This document shows positions 9,108 to 24,324 of a DNA stretch of 64,000 bases, piece after piece. The DNA lies in the NCBI GenBank assembly GCA_963666275.2, contig CAXXOA010000002.1:1536001-1600000 (forward strand). Reading direction: 5' to 3'. Under the pieces are notes generated by a model, which ran no database searches, was not told where the DNA came from, and saw only the letters and a list, made by a program, of their open reading frames with translations. Source of the DNA: Oceanispirochaeta sp. (lineage in GTDB: Bacteria > Spirochaetota > Spirochaetia > DSM-2461). The first letter of the stretch is position 1. Every line of letters starts with the position of its first letter. Made by a program: the position numbers and the translations under genes.

Positions 9108-9755
9108 GTGGATAATTTATCAGGTGAAGAAACTGCAGAAGAATCGGTAGTAGAAGAAACCGTACAGAATGAAGCAGCGGAAAGCCGGGAAACCCCGTCA
9201 GGGGAGGAGATTCTTGATGAGCAGAACTCTGAAGAGGAAGAGCTTTCAGAGGAAGAGCTGTTGAAGCAGGAACTGGAAAATCTCAAGAATGAAAACAGTG
9301 AGCTGAAAAACCAGTACCTCAGAAAACATGCGGACTTTGAAAACTACAGAAAAAGAATGGCCCGGGAAAAAGCGGATTCTGTCAAATATGGCAATCAGGA
9401 GCTTCTGAAAGACCTGATCGAAATTATTGACAATTTTGACAGAGCCATTAAGTCTGCTGCGGATTCTCAGGATTTTGATGCTTTCCGTGATGGTATCGGC
9501 ATGATCGAGCAGCAGTTTACAGGAATGCTTCAAAGCAAATGGGGACTGGAAAAGATGGATTGTCAGGGAGCTGAGTATGACCCCAACTCGCACGAAGCCC
9601 TGATGATGGAAGAATCGGCGGATCTGGAAGTCCCCACTGTGCTGGAGGATTTTCAGGCTGGATACAGATTGCATGATCGGGTCCTGAGACCCGCTAAAGT
9701 AAAAGTGGGCAAACCGGCAGCTCCGGCAGCCACTGAATCAGCTAATAACGAATAG
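9108..9755 (+). CDS. grpE: Nucleotide exchange factor GrpE
   Basis: [17 protein letters not shown] and [16 protein letters not shown] motifs; upstream of dnaK. Confidence 0.97.
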   Translation: MDNLSGEETAEESVVEETVQNEAAESRETPSGEEILDEQNSEEEELSEEELLKQELENLKNENSELKNQYLRKHADFENYRKRMAREKADSVKYGNQELLKDLIEIIDNFDRAIKSAADSQDFDAFRDGIGMIEQQFTGMLQSKWGLEKMDCQGAEYDPNSHEALMMEESADLEVPTVLEDFQAGYRLHDRVLRPAKVKVGKPAAPAATESANNE

Positions 9756-9775
9756 AAAACAGAAGGAGAACTGTC

Positions 9776-11701
9776 ATGGGACGAATTATAGGAATAGACC
9801 TTGGAACAACTAACTCTTGTGTTGCCGTTATGGAAGGGGGAGAGCCTATCGTTATTCAGAACGAAGAAGGCCAGAGAACCACACCTTCCATGGTTGCATT
9901 TACCGATAAGGGAGACCGGCTTGTCGGCCAGCCTGCCAAGAACCAGATGGTCACCAATCCGGAAAACACCATCTACTCAATCAAAAGATTTATGGGAAGA
10001 CATTACAGCGAGGTCAGCGAAGAGCTCACAATGATTCCCTATCATGTTACAGAGGGGCCCAACGGCGATGTCCGTGTGGATGTGAGCGGCAAACATCAGT
10101 CTCCCCCCGAAATCTCTGCGGCTATCCTGCAGAAAATGAAAAAAACAGCCGAAGACTACCTGGGTGAATCCATTACCGAAGCTGTTATTACTGTCCCCGC
10201 CTATTTTAACGATGCGCAGAGACAGGCTACAAAAGATGCCGGTAGGATTGCCGGTCTCGATGTAAAGAGAATTGTAAACGAACCTACTGCTGCGGCACTG
10301 TCCTATGGTTTCGGTAAAGAAAACAAAGAGCAGAAAATTGCTGTCTATGACCTGGGGGGAGGTACATTCGATATCTCAATCCTGGATATGGCGGAAGGTG
10401 TTTTTGAAGTACGGTCTACCAATGGTGATACCCACCTGGGCGGAGACAACTTCGATCAGAAAATTATTGACTGGCTTGTGGGCGAGTTCAAAAAAGATCA
10501 GGGCATTGACCTTTCGCAGGACAGAATGGCTCTGCAGAGGTTGAAGGAAGCCGCGGAAAAAGCCAAGAAAGAGCTTTCCTCCACTCAGGCAACCGACATC
10601 AACCTGCCTTTTATTACAGCCGACGCTTCAGGTCCCAAACACCTGCAGTACAATCTGACCCGGGCCAAATTCGAGCAGATGACTTCCGATCTGGTGGAAA
10701 GGACAAAAATCCCCTGTCAGAAAGCTCTGAAAGATGCGGGATACACGGCAGCTGATATCGATGAGATTATCCTGGTCGGTGGTTCTACCCGTATTCCCGC
10801 TGTTCAGTCTCTGGTTAAGGAGCTTTTTCAGCAGGATCCCCACAAGGGTGTTAACCCCGATGAAGTTGTAGCCATGGGTGCTGCTATTCAGGGTGGTGTT
10901 CTCGGTGGTGATGTTAACGACATCCTTCTGCTGGATGTTACTCCTCTTTCTCTTGGTATTGAAACTCTGGGAGGAGTTTTTACCAAGCTGATCGAAAGGA
11001 ATACCACTATTCCTACAAAGAAAAGCCAGGTTTTCTCAACAGCGGCGGATAACCAGAATGCTGTTTCCATCCATGTTCTGCAGGGTGAAAGAGAGATGGC
11101 TTCCCAGAACAGAACTCTCGGTAAGTTCGACCTTGTGGGAATTCCTCCTGCTCCCCGGGGTGTTCCTCAGATTGAGGTTACCTTTGACATCGATGCCAAC
11201 GGTATCGTACATGTTTCCGCAAAAGATCTGGGAACAGGGAAAGAGCAGAAAATCAGAATCGAGTCTTCTTCTGGTCTGAGTGAGGATGAGATTGAGAAGA
11301 TGGTGCATGAAGCGGAAGCCAATGCGGATGCCGATAAAGCCGTCAGAGAGAAAGCGGAAGTCATGAATGAAGCAGATAACCTTATCTATTCCACAGAGAA
11401 GTCTCTGAAGGATTTCGGAGATAAAGTGTCTGCCGAAGATAAGAGTAAGATCGAATCTTCTGTTGAAGCTTTGAAAGAAGCTGTAAAGACTGATAATATC
11501 GAAGACATCAAAGCCAAAGTGGAAGAGGTGAAACAGGCCTCCTACAAACTGGCTGAAGAGATGTACAAATCTCAGGCAGCGGAACAGGGCGGACAGCCCG
11601 GTCCCGATATGGGCGGAGCCCAGGGTGCCGGAGAGGCTTCTTCTGCTGGTGAGAATGATGCAGAAGATGCAGACTACGAAGTTGTAGACGACGATAAATA
11701 A
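9776..11701 (+). CDS. dnaK: Chaperone DnaK (Hsp70)
   Basis: [27 protein letters not shown] and DLGGGTFD signatures. Confidence 0.99.
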   Translation: MGRIIGIDLGTTNSCVAVMEGGEPIVIQNEEGQRTTPSMVAFTDKGDRLVGQPAKNQMVTNPENTIYSIKRFMGRHYSEVSEELTMIPYHVTEGPNGDVRVDVSGKHQSPPEISAAILQKMKKTAEDYLGESITEAVITVPAYFNDAQRQATKDAGRIAGLDVKRIVNEPTAAALSYGFGKENKEQKIAVYDLGGGTFDISILDMAEGVFEVRSTNGDTHLGGDNFDQKIIDWLVGEFKKDQGIDLSQDRMALQRLKEAAEKAKKELSSTQATDINLPFITADASGPKHLQYNLTRAKFEQMTSDLVERTKIPCQKALKDAGYTAADIDEIILVGGSTRIPAVQSLVKELFQQDPHKGVNPDEVVAMGAAIQGGVLGGDVNDILLLDVTPLSLGIETLGGVFTKLIERNTTIPTKKSQVFSTAADNQNAVSIHVLQGEREMASQNRTLGKFDLVGIPPAPRGVPQIEVTFDIDANGIVHVSAKDLGTGKEQKIRIESSSGLSEDEIEKMVHEAEANADADKAVREKAEVMNEADNLIYSTEKSLKDFGDKVSAEDKSKIESSVEALKEAVKTDNIEDIKAKVEEVKQASYKLAEEMYKSQAAEQGGQPGPDMGGAQGAGEASSAGENDAEDADYEVVDDDK

Positions 11702-11764
11702 GAGATACTAGAATTGAGATGCCCCCGTTTCCGGGGGTATTCTCGCTAAAGGAAGTGGAAATCC

Positions 11765-12892
11765 GTGTCAAAAAGGGATTATTACGAAGTTCTGGAGATA
11801 GAAAAAAACGCTACTCCCGATGAAATAAAAAAAGCATACAGAAAACTGGCGATTAAGTACCATCCGGACCGGAACCAGAATAGTACGGATGCGGAAGCGA
11901 AATTCAAGGAAGCTACCGAAGCTTACGAAGTTTTATCTGATTCTGAAAAGAAGCAGGCTTATGATCAGTATGGATTTGCCGGTGTGGACAACATGGGCGG
12001 TCCCGGATTTAATGCTTCCGCATTTTCCGGCTTTGAAGATATCTTCGGAGGAGACTTTTCCAATATTTTTGAATCCTTTTTCGGTGGCGGTATGGGCGGC
12101 AGCCGGGGCGGAGGCCGCAGAGGCGGTCCTGCCAGGGGAAGTGATCTGAGGTATGACCTGGAAGTCGATTTCAAGGATGCTGTCTACGGCGACAAAGTTG
12201 ATGTGGAGTTTTACAAGAATTCCAGCTGTGATGTCTGTCATGGCTCGGGTGCTTCGGCAGGGACTGAAACCAGAACCTGTCCCACCTGCGGCGGATCGGG
12301 ACAGGTCCGCAGAAGTTCAGGATTCTTTTCGATAGCCTCCCCCTGTTCCACCTGTCATGGGGAAGGTACCATTATTGAGAATCCCTGTACTGCCTGTCAC
12401 GGGAAAGGGGTCCAGAAAAAACGGCAGAAGCTGAAGGTCTCCATACCGGCAGGTATTGCTCCGGGAAAGAGAATCCGTCTGGACAGTCAGGGAGATGCGG
12501 GACCGAAAGGCGGACCTGCAGGAGATCTCTATGTGTACATTCACATTAAGGATCATGAGTCTTTTGAGAGAGACGGATATGATCTCTATTGTGCCATTCC
12601 CATCTCTTTTACCCAGGCGGCCCTGGGAGGAGAGATCTTTGTCAGAACTCTGGATGATAAAAAGATCAAACTGAAGATCCCCGCAGGGACTCAGACCGGC
12701 AAAGTCCTTCGAATAAGGAATGAAGGTGTACCGGTTCTGCATGGCTCGGGACGAAAAGGTGATCTGTACGTGAAGCTGCAGATTATGACTCCCAAAAAGC
12801 TGAGTTCCAAAGAGAAAGAGATCCTCAAGGACTTTTCCAAAGAGTATGGAGTGGAATCAGAACCGGAACCTATCCGGCTGAAAGATCTCTAG
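11765..12892 (+). CDS. dnaJ: Chaperone DnaJ
   Basis: J domain with HPD, G/F-rich region, four CxxCxGxG repeats. Confidence 0.99.
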   Translation: MSKRDYYEVLEIEKNATPDEIKKAYRKLAIKYHPDRNQNSTDAEAKFKEATEAYEVLSDSEKKQAYDQYGFAGVDNMGGPGFNASAFSGFEDIFGGDFSNIFESFFGGGMGGSRGGGRRGGPARGSDLRYDLEVDFKDAVYGDKVDVEFYKNSSCDVCHGSGASAGTETRTCPTCGGSGQVRRSSGFFSIASPCSTCHGEGTIIENPCTACHGKGVQKKRQKLKVSIPAGIAPGKRIRLDSQGDAGPKGGPAGDLYVYIHIKDHESFERDGYDLYCAIPISFTQAALGGEIFVRTLDDKKIKLKIPAGTQTGKVLRIRNEGVPVLHGSGRKGDLYVKLQIMTPKKLSSKEKEILKDFSKEYGVESEPEPIRLKDL

Positions 12893-12910
12893 AAAATCTT
12901 CAATCAGCAG

Positions 12911-12945
12911 ATCCCCCATCCTTCGGGTATGGGGGATTTTTTTTT
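12911..12945 (+). terminator. Intrinsic terminator of the grpE-dnaK-dnaJ operon
   Basis: ATCCCCCAT-CC-TTCG-GG-T-ATGGGGGAT hairpin followed by a T run. Confidence 0.85.
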
Positions 12946-12988
12946 CTATCCCCGTGGAATCCTTAAGTAAACATGCTATAGTTGGACC

Positions 12989-14833
12989 ATGCCGAAAGCT
13001 CCCGAAGAAATCGGAAAATATAAAATTTTATCCTGTCTGGGGACCGGAGGAACCAGCACTGTCTACAGTGCTACTCATCCGACTCTGAAGAGAAAAGTTG
13101 TTCTTAAAAAGCTGAATCTCCGGGGAAAGCGTCTGTACTATGAACGGTTCCGTCAGGAAGCCGCTCTTATGATGGATCTCAATCATGATAATATCGTCAG
13201 GGTTTTTGACCATTTTAAAGAGGGCAGTAAGCATTATATTGTCATGGAATTTGTCGAAGGCTGTTCCCTTGATGAAATCCTGAAAAAGGGCGGTGCTCTC
13301 CCTGCAGGGACCTGCCGTCTCATCCTTGTCAGCTGCTGCCGGGCTCTGGAATATATTCACTCCAGGAACATCATTCACAGAGATATCAAACCCTCCAATA
13401 TTTTTATATCCCGCGATGGGAGTGTCAAACTGGGAGATTTCGGGATCGCTCAGCTGGAAGATGTCAACGAAGAGAGCGGAGATTTCTTTCCCGTTGGGAC
13501 CCCCTCTTATATGGCTCCCGAGCAGTTTCTGCCCCGGGCGAAAATCACAAGACGAACCGATATCTATGCCCTTGCGGTCACCCTGTACGAAATGCTATCA
13601 GGAGAGAAGCTGTTTGACGGCGACTCCCTGGAGGAGTTGAAAAAAAAGATCCTCCGCTCCCGGCATGTCTCTCTTCTGCCCTTTCTCTTTTCAAAGGGAT
13701 TTCCTCTCTTCTGGATTATGCGCAAAGGATCTTTCAGGAATCAGGGCTTCCGGTTTTCCACTGTGAAACCGGTTCTCCGGCTGTTGAAACTGGCGGCCCC
13801 GAAAACGGGTGATGCCGCGGCCAGAGAAATCCTGCTGTTTCTGGTGGAATCAGTGGCGGGGAGTCCTAAAGGGGAGGGGAAAAGATCCGATCAGATTGCC
13901 AAGGTTTCACCGTCTCCCGGTCAGAAAAGGGCCTGGAAGAGAATCCTGATCCTGATCGGGATCCTCGCAGCGGCGGGAGGAGTTCTGTACGGCTCACTCC
14001 AGACGGGTGATTTCTACAGACTCTTTATGAAGAATTCCCGGGGGGAACTGAAAATTACTGTCAGCTCGGCGGAAGAGGATTTTTTTCAGGCGGGGGATTT
14101 CAATCTTTACAGAGACAGGGCCCGTTTTCTGGAGCATCTGGGGACCTACGGCATGACTGACGATGCCGTGCGGGGAGGCTCTCTGTTTCTGGAGGCCGGA
14201 AATTACAGGCTGATGACCCGCTGGGGAAGTCAGGTTGAGTGGAATCTTTTTTATCTTCCCCCCCTGTCCGAACTGGAGGATGGATTTGTTCTGGATCTCA
14301 AAAGCCCTTCGGTCCCCCGGAAGGCTCTGCAGGTTTCCCTGGACGTGGTAGACTCCTATACCGGTCGGGATCTGCAGGACCAGACCGAGCTGGCTGTTTA
14401 TTACAATGATCAGTGGGTGGAATCGGCCCGAGTCTCTCTGCAGACCGGAAATGCCTACCGGTTCAGGATTCAGTGTCCCGGCTACTACCCCCGGTATATG
14501 AATGTGCCTCTGCAGTTTTATCAGGATCATCTTAAGCTTGGGGTTCAGCTGATTCCTCTGGCGGCGGAACTGTCGGTTCTCTCGGAAGTTGAGGGTCTCT
14601 CTCTGAAAGTCAACGGAAAGACGTCTTTAATGGGCGGGGGGGAAGATCCTGAAAAACTCCGTTTCGGAAAGCTCGGGCCGGAAGAAGAGGTCTGGGAACT
14701 TGTTCCCGGAGAGTATATGATCATCATCTCTGACGGGGAGAGGCAGCTGGTGAGGTCTCTTATTCTGCAGAGCGGTGACGAAGCGGCTCTCCGGATCGTC
14801 GACAGGGAGGGAGTCCTTGCTGTTGAAGAGTAA
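12989..14833 (+). CDS. Hanks-type Ser/Thr protein kinase, membrane-anchored, with PEGA-like extracytoplasmic region
   Basis: LGTGGTSTVY, VVLK, HRDIKPSN, DFG and GTPSYMAPE motifs; one central TM helix. Confidence 0.92.
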   Translation: MPKAPEEIGKYKILSCLGTGGTSTVYSATHPTLKRKVVLKKLNLRGKRLYYERFRQEAALMMDLNHDNIVRVFDHFKEGSKHYIVMEFVEGCSLDEILKKGGALPAGTCRLILVSCCRALEYIHSRNIIHRDIKPSNIFISRDGSVKLGDFGIAQLEDVNEESGDFFPVGTPSYMAPEQFLPRAKITRRTDIYALAVTLYEMLSGEKLFDGDSLEELKKKILRSRHVSLLPFLFSKGFPLFWIMRKGSFRNQGFRFSTVKPVLRLLKLAAPKTGDAAAREILLFLVESVAGSPKGEGKRSDQIAKVSPSPGQKRAWKRILILIGILAAAGGVLYGSLQTGDFYRLFMKNSRGELKITVSSAEEDFFQAGDFNLYRDRARFLEHLGTYGMTDDAVRGGSLFLEAGNYRLMTRWGSQVEWNLFYLPPLSELEDGFVLDLKSPSVPRKALQVSLDVVDSYTGRDLQDQTELAVYYNDQWVESARVSLQTGNAYRFRIQCPGYYPRYMNVPLQFYQDHLKLGVQLIPLAAELSVLSEVEGLSLKVNGKTSLMGGGEDPEKLRFGKLGPEEEVWELVPGEYMIIISDGERQLVRSLILQSGDEAALRIVDREGVLAVEE

Positions 14834-14880
14834 AAGCTGCACTGCCTCCGGTATCTCGCATTTCAGAAAAGGAAAGAATC

Positions 14881-15564
14881 ATGGATCAGCGTAAAATCAT
14901 AGTCCCATTTATACAAAATCTGTCTCCCGAGCTTATGGATCAGGGAGAGTTCGAAAATTTCAGTGACTCTTTTGATCAGATCGGAAGACCTCTACAGGTT
15001 GATGTGGCTCCCTGGGCTGAGTACCCCTATCGGCCGGAGGTCTCCCTGCGGATCGCCGCTTCGGAGCACTACCTTCTTCTCCGCTTCCTTGTAAAGGAAA
15101 AAGAGATCCTCGGAAGATTTGAAAAGGACGGCCCCGCCGTAGAGCAGGATAGCTGTGTCCATTTTTATATGGCTCCCGAATCAGCCGATAGATATTACCA
15201 TTTCTCCTTCAACTGCCTGGGAGCCTGTTTTGCCGAATTCCGGGAACCCGGAGAGAAAACGCGGGATATTTCCGAATCCCTTTTAAAAGATATGTTCAGG
15301 ATCTCATCCCTGGGAGACCGGGGAGCTGTGCATCTGGAGGCTTCTGCCGGGGAACTCTCCTCCTGGAGTCTTATGGCCGCTCTTCCGGGGGATGTCTTTT
15401 TCAAGGAGGATATCGAGTCATTCCAGGGATTGAGGTTCAAAGGAAATTTCTGCAAAAGCGGAGAAGGTCTGAAGGATCCGCACTATCTGAGCTGGAACCG
15501 GATTGAAGCGGAGACGCCCGATTTCGACCGTCCCGAATATTTCGGTGAAATATGGATAGGCTAG
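14881..15564 (+). CDS. CBM9-like / DOMON-like sugar-binding domain protein
   Basis: YPYRPEV, EQDSCV, FNCLG, GNFCK..PHYLSW and PDFDRPEYFG pattern. Confidence 0.7.
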   Translation: MDQRKIIVPFIQNLSPELMDQGEFENFSDSFDQIGRPLQVDVAPWAEYPYRPEVSLRIAASEHYLLLRFLVKEKEILGRFEKDGPAVEQDSCVHFYMAPESADRYYHFSFNCLGACFAEFREPGEKTRDISESLLKDMFRISSLGDRGAVHLEASAGELSSWSLMAALPGDVFFKEDIESFQGLRFKGNFCKSGEGLKDPHYLSWNRIEAETPDFDRPEYFGEIWIG

Positions 15565-16026
15565 TTATTCCCTGTTTCTGGAATCCATTGTGATTGTAAC
15601 AGGGCCGTCATTGACAAGTGAGACTTCCATATGCGCTCCGAAGCGGCCCGTTCTGATTTTTCCCGGCATCAGGGTTTCCAGTTCATCCACCAGACTTTCA
15701 AAGAGGGGGATGGCTGTTTCCGGCGGGGCAGACTGGCTGAATGAGGGACGGCACCCTTTTTTTGTACTGGCAAAAAGAGTGAACTGGCTGACAAGGAGGA
15801 TCTCCCCGAGAACATCCTGAACGCTCAGATTCATTTTATCATCAGAGTCTGTGAATATTCTCATGCCGGTAATCTTACGGGCCAGCCACCGGATATCTTC
15901 TCCCGTATCTTCCGGGGAGACTCCGGCAAGGACCACCAGGCCCCTGCCGATTGTTCTGGTGACCGGTTCTTCTGTCCCCAAGATCTGAACGGAGGCTTTG
16001 CTGACTCTCTGAAGAACCACTCTCAT
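15565..16026 (-). CDS. dtd: D-aminoacyl-tRNA deacylase
   Basis: MRVVLQRVS, SQFTL, GRFGAHM and NDGPVT motifs. Confidence 0.97.
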   Translation of the reverse strand: MRVVLQRVSKASVQILGTEEPVTRTIGRGLVVLAGVSPEDTGEDIRWLARKITGMRIFTDSDDKMNLSVQDVLGEILLVSQFTLFASTKKGCRPSFSQSAPPETAIPLFESLVDELETLMPGKIRTGRFGAHMEVSLVNDGPVTITMDSRNRE

Positions 16027-16036
16027 CCTAATCCCC

Positions 16037-16411
16037 TTACTTTAAAGCAATGGCTTCTATTTCAATCTCTCCGTCCAGGGGGAGACGGGCCACTTCCACC
16101 AGTGATCTTGCAGGTTTGTGATCTGTAAAGAACGAAGCATAGATTTCATTGATTTTTCCGAAATTGCCTATGTCTTTGACAAATACAGTCACTTTGACGA
16201 CTTTTTCCAGGGAACTACCCGCAGCTTCCAGAATTGCTTTGACATTATTCAATGCCTGTTCGGCCTGATCCTGAATGTCTCCTTTCAGAATTTCACCGGT
16301 TTCCGGGTTTATCGGGAGCTGTCCCGATGTAAAAATCATACTGCCCGTATCGATCGCCTGTGAGTAGGGGCCTACTGCTGACGGTGCATTCTCTGTCTTG
16401 ACAGGTTTCAT
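16037..16411 (-). CDS. RidA/YjgF family reactive intermediate deaminase
   Basis: [17 protein letters not shown] and EIEAIA motifs. Start reassigned to ATG 16411 (MKPVKT), after SD AAGGAAGGG. Confidence 0.93.
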   Translation of the reverse strand: MKPVKTENAPSAVGPYSQAIDTGSMIFTSGQLPINPETGEILKGDIQDQAEQALNNVKAILEAAGSSLEKVVKVTVFVKDIGNFGKINEIYASFFTDHKPARSLVEVARLPLDGEIEIEAIALK

Positions 16412-16522
16412 AATCCCTTCCTTGTGATATGAATTTATTGGCGGACAATCTACCATTTCTATACTAAAAAAGCAAATCCCTCGATTGACACTTCCTGATT
16501 ATCCGGTGAATAATTATAACAC

Positions 16523-18148
16523 ATGAAGAAGTATATATTTGTCACTGGCGGAGTTTGTTCAAGTCTGGGAAAAGGCCTTGCCTCCGCATCCCTCGGAACC
16601 CTTTTGGAAAGCCGGGGATTATCGGTCTGTATGATAAAGATCGATCCATACATCAATGTCGATGCCGGAACTATGAGCCCCTATCAGCATGGGGAGGTTT
16701 ATGTAACCGATGACGGTGCAGAAACAGACCTTGACCTGGGGAATTATGCCAGGTTTACCAATTCTCCTTTAAGCGCAGCCAACTCAATCACCACCGGACA
16801 GATCTATGATGCGGTTATCCGGAAGGAACGGGAAGGGAAATTCCTGGGGAAATGCGTTCAGGTTGTTCCGCATATAACGGATGAGATTAAAAGAAGAATC
16901 CTCACTCTAGGGGAAAAACCGGGAATAGACGTCACAATCGTGGAAATCGGCGGGACTGTAGGGGATATTGAATCTATTCCCTATCTGGAAGCGGTTAGGC
17001 AGATCATTCACGAAAAAGGTCATGATAATGCACTGTCCGTCCATCTGACCCTGGTGCCCACGGTAACCGGCGGGGAAGTGAAAACCAAACCTACCCAGCA
17101 TTCTGTTAAAGACATGAGAGAGATAGGTATTCAGCCCGATGTCCTTCTCTGCCGTTGTCAGGAAGAACTTCCGGATGAGCTGAAAAGGAAAATATCCCTA
17201 TTTACCAATATAGATCACGACTGTGTTCTTTCTGCCCATGATGTGGCCACAACCATTTATGAGATTCCTGTTGTCTATCAGCAGCAGGGTATGGATGAAG
17301 TGGTCTGCCGGAAACTGAAGATGCGGAGCAAGAAGTCCAGAATCACAGCCTGGAGTCGACTCTCCGAGATTCATAAAACAGCAGAAACAGCCGTTAAAAT
17401 TGCCATGGTCGGTAAATACATAGAGCTGGGAGATGCCTATAAATCTGTCGATGAAGCTCTGGTTCACGGAGCCCTGGCAAATAAAGTCCGTCTGGAACTT
17501 GATAAAGTTGATTCCGAGTTGATTGAAAAGAAAGTCGCTGCCGGGGAAGATCTCTCAGAGGTTTTCTCTCAGTACGACGGAATCCTGATTCCCGGCGGTT
17601 TCGGTTCCAGAGGTATTATGGGTATGGTTCAGACCGCTCAATATGCCAGGGAGAACAACGTGCCCTGTTTCGGCATCTGTCTGGGACTTCAGATCATGGT
17701 TATAGAATACAGCAGGAATGTTCTGGGTATCGACGATGCGGACAGTTCGGAATTCCGTCCTGAAGGCGACAATTCTGTTATATCCCTTCTGGAGGAGCAG
17801 GTCGATGTGACTGCCTACGGGGGAACTATGCGGCTCGGCCTCAGTGAATCTCTAGTAAAAGAGGGAACCAATATCTACAAAGCCTACGGGGATACCTCTA
17901 TCTTTGAAAGGCATCGTCATCGGTACGAAGTGGCCAACAGCTACAGAGACCGTCTTATAGAAGCAGGGCTGATCATTTCAGGTACAACCACAGATCTCTC
18001 TCTTGTAGAGTCTGTTGAGTGGCCCGGACATCCCTGGAGCGTGGGTGTTCAGTTCCATCCTGAATTCTGTTCATCCCCGGTAAAACCCGGCCCGCTGTTT
18101 AAAGACTTTATTTATAACAGTCTGAAAAACAGCAATAAGATTTCATAG
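16523..18148 (+). CDS. pyrG: CTP synthase
   Basis: TGGVCSSLGKG, KTKPTQHSV, GICLGLQ, ERHRHRYE and QFHPE motifs. Confidence 0.99.
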   Translation: MKKYIFVTGGVCSSLGKGLASASLGTLLESRGLSVCMIKIDPYINVDAGTMSPYQHGEVYVTDDGAETDLDLGNYARFTNSPLSAANSITTGQIYDAVIRKEREGKFLGKCVQVVPHITDEIKRRILTLGEKPGIDVTIVEIGGTVGDIESIPYLEAVRQIIHEKGHDNALSVHLTLVPTVTGGEVKTKPTQHSVKDMREIGIQPDVLLCRCQEELPDELKRKISLFTNIDHDCVLSAHDVATTIYEIPVVYQQQGMDEVVCRKLKMRSKKSRITAWSRLSEIHKTAETAVKIAMVGKYIELGDAYKSVDEALVHGALANKVRLELDKVDSELIEKKVAAGEDLSEVFSQYDGILIPGGFGSRGIMGMVQTAQYARENNVPCFGICLGLQIMVIEYSRNVLGIDDADSSEFRPEGDNSVISLLEEQVDVTAYGGTMRLGLSESLVKEGTNIYKAYGDTSIFERHRHRYEVANSYRDRLIEAGLIISGTTTDLSLVESVEWPGHPWSVGVQFHPEFCSSPVKPGPLFKDFIYNSLKNSNKIS

Positions 18149-18170
18149 ACAGAATTAAAATGATTTTTTG

Positions 18171-18202
18171 AAGGTTGCAGAGGAATCTGCAACCTTTTTT
18201 TT
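18171..18202 (+). terminator. Intrinsic terminator after pyrG
   Basis: AAGGTTGCAGA..TCTGCAACCTT stem followed by a T run. Confidence 0.85.
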
Positions 18203-18278
18203 CTTGATCTTCCTATAGGTAAAATTCAGCAATGTAAAGCTTTATTCTGATCCTGTTTTGTTGAGATCGAATCAGAGC

Positions 18279-18395
18279 AAAAAAAAAATAAAAAAAATAA
18301 TAAGTTCTGTTGACAAGAAAAGGGAATAAGCGTTATATTCACGGAGCGTTCGGGCAGTACAGCAGCGGACGCACAGAACTAAATGTTCTTTTACA
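18279..18395 (+). promoter_or_regulatory. rrn promoter with UP element and boxA antiterminator
   Basis: A-tracts at 18279-18300, TTGACA at 18310-18315, -10 TATATT at 18334-18339, boxA-like TGTTCTTTTACA at 18384-18395. Confidence 0.75.
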
Positions 18396-18639
18396 AAGGA
18401 ATTAGAGAAGGGAAATTGAAGTATTTGACGAAAGTCAAGCACTTGGTAGTATGCGCAGAATAATCTGTTTTGAACAGAAAGTTCTGCCCCATAGGATGTG
18501 GTAACACATCCATTACGTTAGTTTTCTTTTAGAGATAAAGGGAATCTGACTCACTTTGAAACGGATCAGGATGATTACATTCGACAGTATCTGTTTTGAA
18601 GCTTTGATACGAACTTATCCACTTCGGTGGATAAATTAT

Positions 18640-20181
<1,542 letters not shown>

Positions 20182-20347
20182 AGCGTGAAAGGTATAAAGA
20201 CCTTGAGTTTGTACACTCAAAGGCAGTGAGTCACTGAGCAATCGGTGCACTACCAGTTTTACGTTACCAGGTCTTCGGATTCTGGAGCGTAAAAAAGCTT
20301 GGCTTTCGTCAACTACTTCTAATTTCCCGATCAGATTCTTTTAACCA

Positions 20348-20421
20348 GGGGGTATAGCTCAGCTGGCTAGAGCACTAGATTTGCATTCTAGGGGTCTGGG
20401 GTTCGAATCCCCATACCTCCA
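20348..20421 (+). tRNA. tRNA-Ala(TGC), CCA not encoded
   Basis: Acceptor stem GGGGGTA/TACCTCC with G3:U70, anticodon arm CTAGA-TTTGCAT-TCTAG, T arm GTTCGAATC. Confidence 0.97.
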
Positions 20422-20540
20422 TAGCCTGGTTAATTTGTTTGTTTTAATATTTTTTTTCAGGCGGAACTGAAATGCTTTTTTCAATAAGGTGTTTCGGGGA
20501 TCTTTTAAATAGGTAATAGCGAAGGGATAAATAATAATAT

Positions 20541-23473
<2,933 letters not shown>

Positions 23474-23582
23474 ATATTATTATTTATCTCTTCATTTATA
23501 TAAAATGCAATCGCTTTGTAAGCTACGAGTTTATGAAAGATGAATGCTTCTTATCAGGGCTTTGGCCTTGGTGAGATTATTA

Positions 23583-23690
23583 TCTGGTGGCTATTGCGTT
23601 GAGGTTATACCCGTTCCCATCCCGAACACGGAAGTCAAGCTCAACTGCGCCGATGGTACTGCTACGGTGGGAGAGTAGGTCGTCGCCAGT
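23583..23690 (+). rRNA. rrf: 5S rRNA
   Basis: CTGGTGGC..CCCATCCCGAAC..GGAGAGTAGGTCGTCGCCAG. Confidence 0.97.
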
Positions 23691-23696
23691 TTATTT

Positions 23697-23730
23697 AACC
23701 CCCAGTCTACGGACTGGGGGTTTTTCTTTT
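23697..23730 (+). terminator. rrn operon terminator
   Basis: AACCCCCAGTC-TACG-GACTGGGGGTT hairpin followed by a T-rich tail. Confidence 0.9.
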
Positions 23731-23833
23731 ATAACACTGGACTTATCGGGGCGGAAGTTATGAAGAAAATGTAACCTATGTTACCGAATCTTCCTCTTTA
23801 AGCTCTATATCAGGGAATCTCATTTGAAATAAA

Positions 23834-23870
23834 TTGACAGTATATCTTTAAATAGGTATTGTGGTACCGA
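23834..23870 (+). promoter_or_regulatory. Promoter of the Rrf2 operon with an overlapping imperfect palindrome (candidate operator)
   Basis: TTGACA (23834-23839), 17 nt, TATTGT (23857-23862); TAGGTA-N6-TACCGA at 23853-23870. Confidence 0.6.
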
Positions 23871-23886
23871 AATAAGGAGAGATTCA

Positions 23887-24324
23887 GTGATGAATAGTCT
23901 TTTAAATATATCTGAGGGAACATCCCTGGCTTTTCATGGTCTGGCCATGATGGCTGAAAAATCACCGGAACGGTTGAATGTCAAAGTTCTGGCGAAAGCT
24001 CTGGACGCTTCAGAAGCGCACCTTGCCAAGGTTATGCAGCGCCTGAATAAAGCGGGAATGATTTCTTCTGTCAGAGGGCCATCAGGAGGGTTCATTCTCA
24101 ATAAAGCCCCTCAGGAGATCGACTTCCTGCAGATCTATGAGATCATTGAGTCTTCTGTGAATCTAGCCGGATGTCCCCTTGGAAAGGCTACCTGTTCTCA
24201 GAAGAGATGTATTTTCGATGGAACAATGCAGAATCTGAATAAACAGATCTACTCAGCTTTAAAGCAGATCAGGCTGTCAGATTTCGCCCGGGATAATAAG
24301 AGTGAAGAAAGAGGTAGAATATGA
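23887..24324 (+). CDS. Rrf2 family transcriptional regulator with three Cys (IscR/NsrR-like Fe-S ligands)
   Basis: HLAKVMQRL and SVRGPSGGF winged HTH; CPLGKATCSQKRC. Confidence 0.93.
   Translation: MMNSLLNISEGTSLAFHGLAMMAEKSPERLNVKVLAKALDASEAHLAKVMQRLNKAGMISSVRGPSGGFILNKAPQEIDFLQIYEIIESSVNLAGCPLGKATCSQKRCIFDGTMQNLNKQIYSALKQIRLSDFARDNKSEERGRI

Noticed and set aside
11716..11744. Hairpin between dnaK and dnaJ
   Set aside because: No U-tract; most likely an ordinary mRNA-stabilising or attenuating stem.
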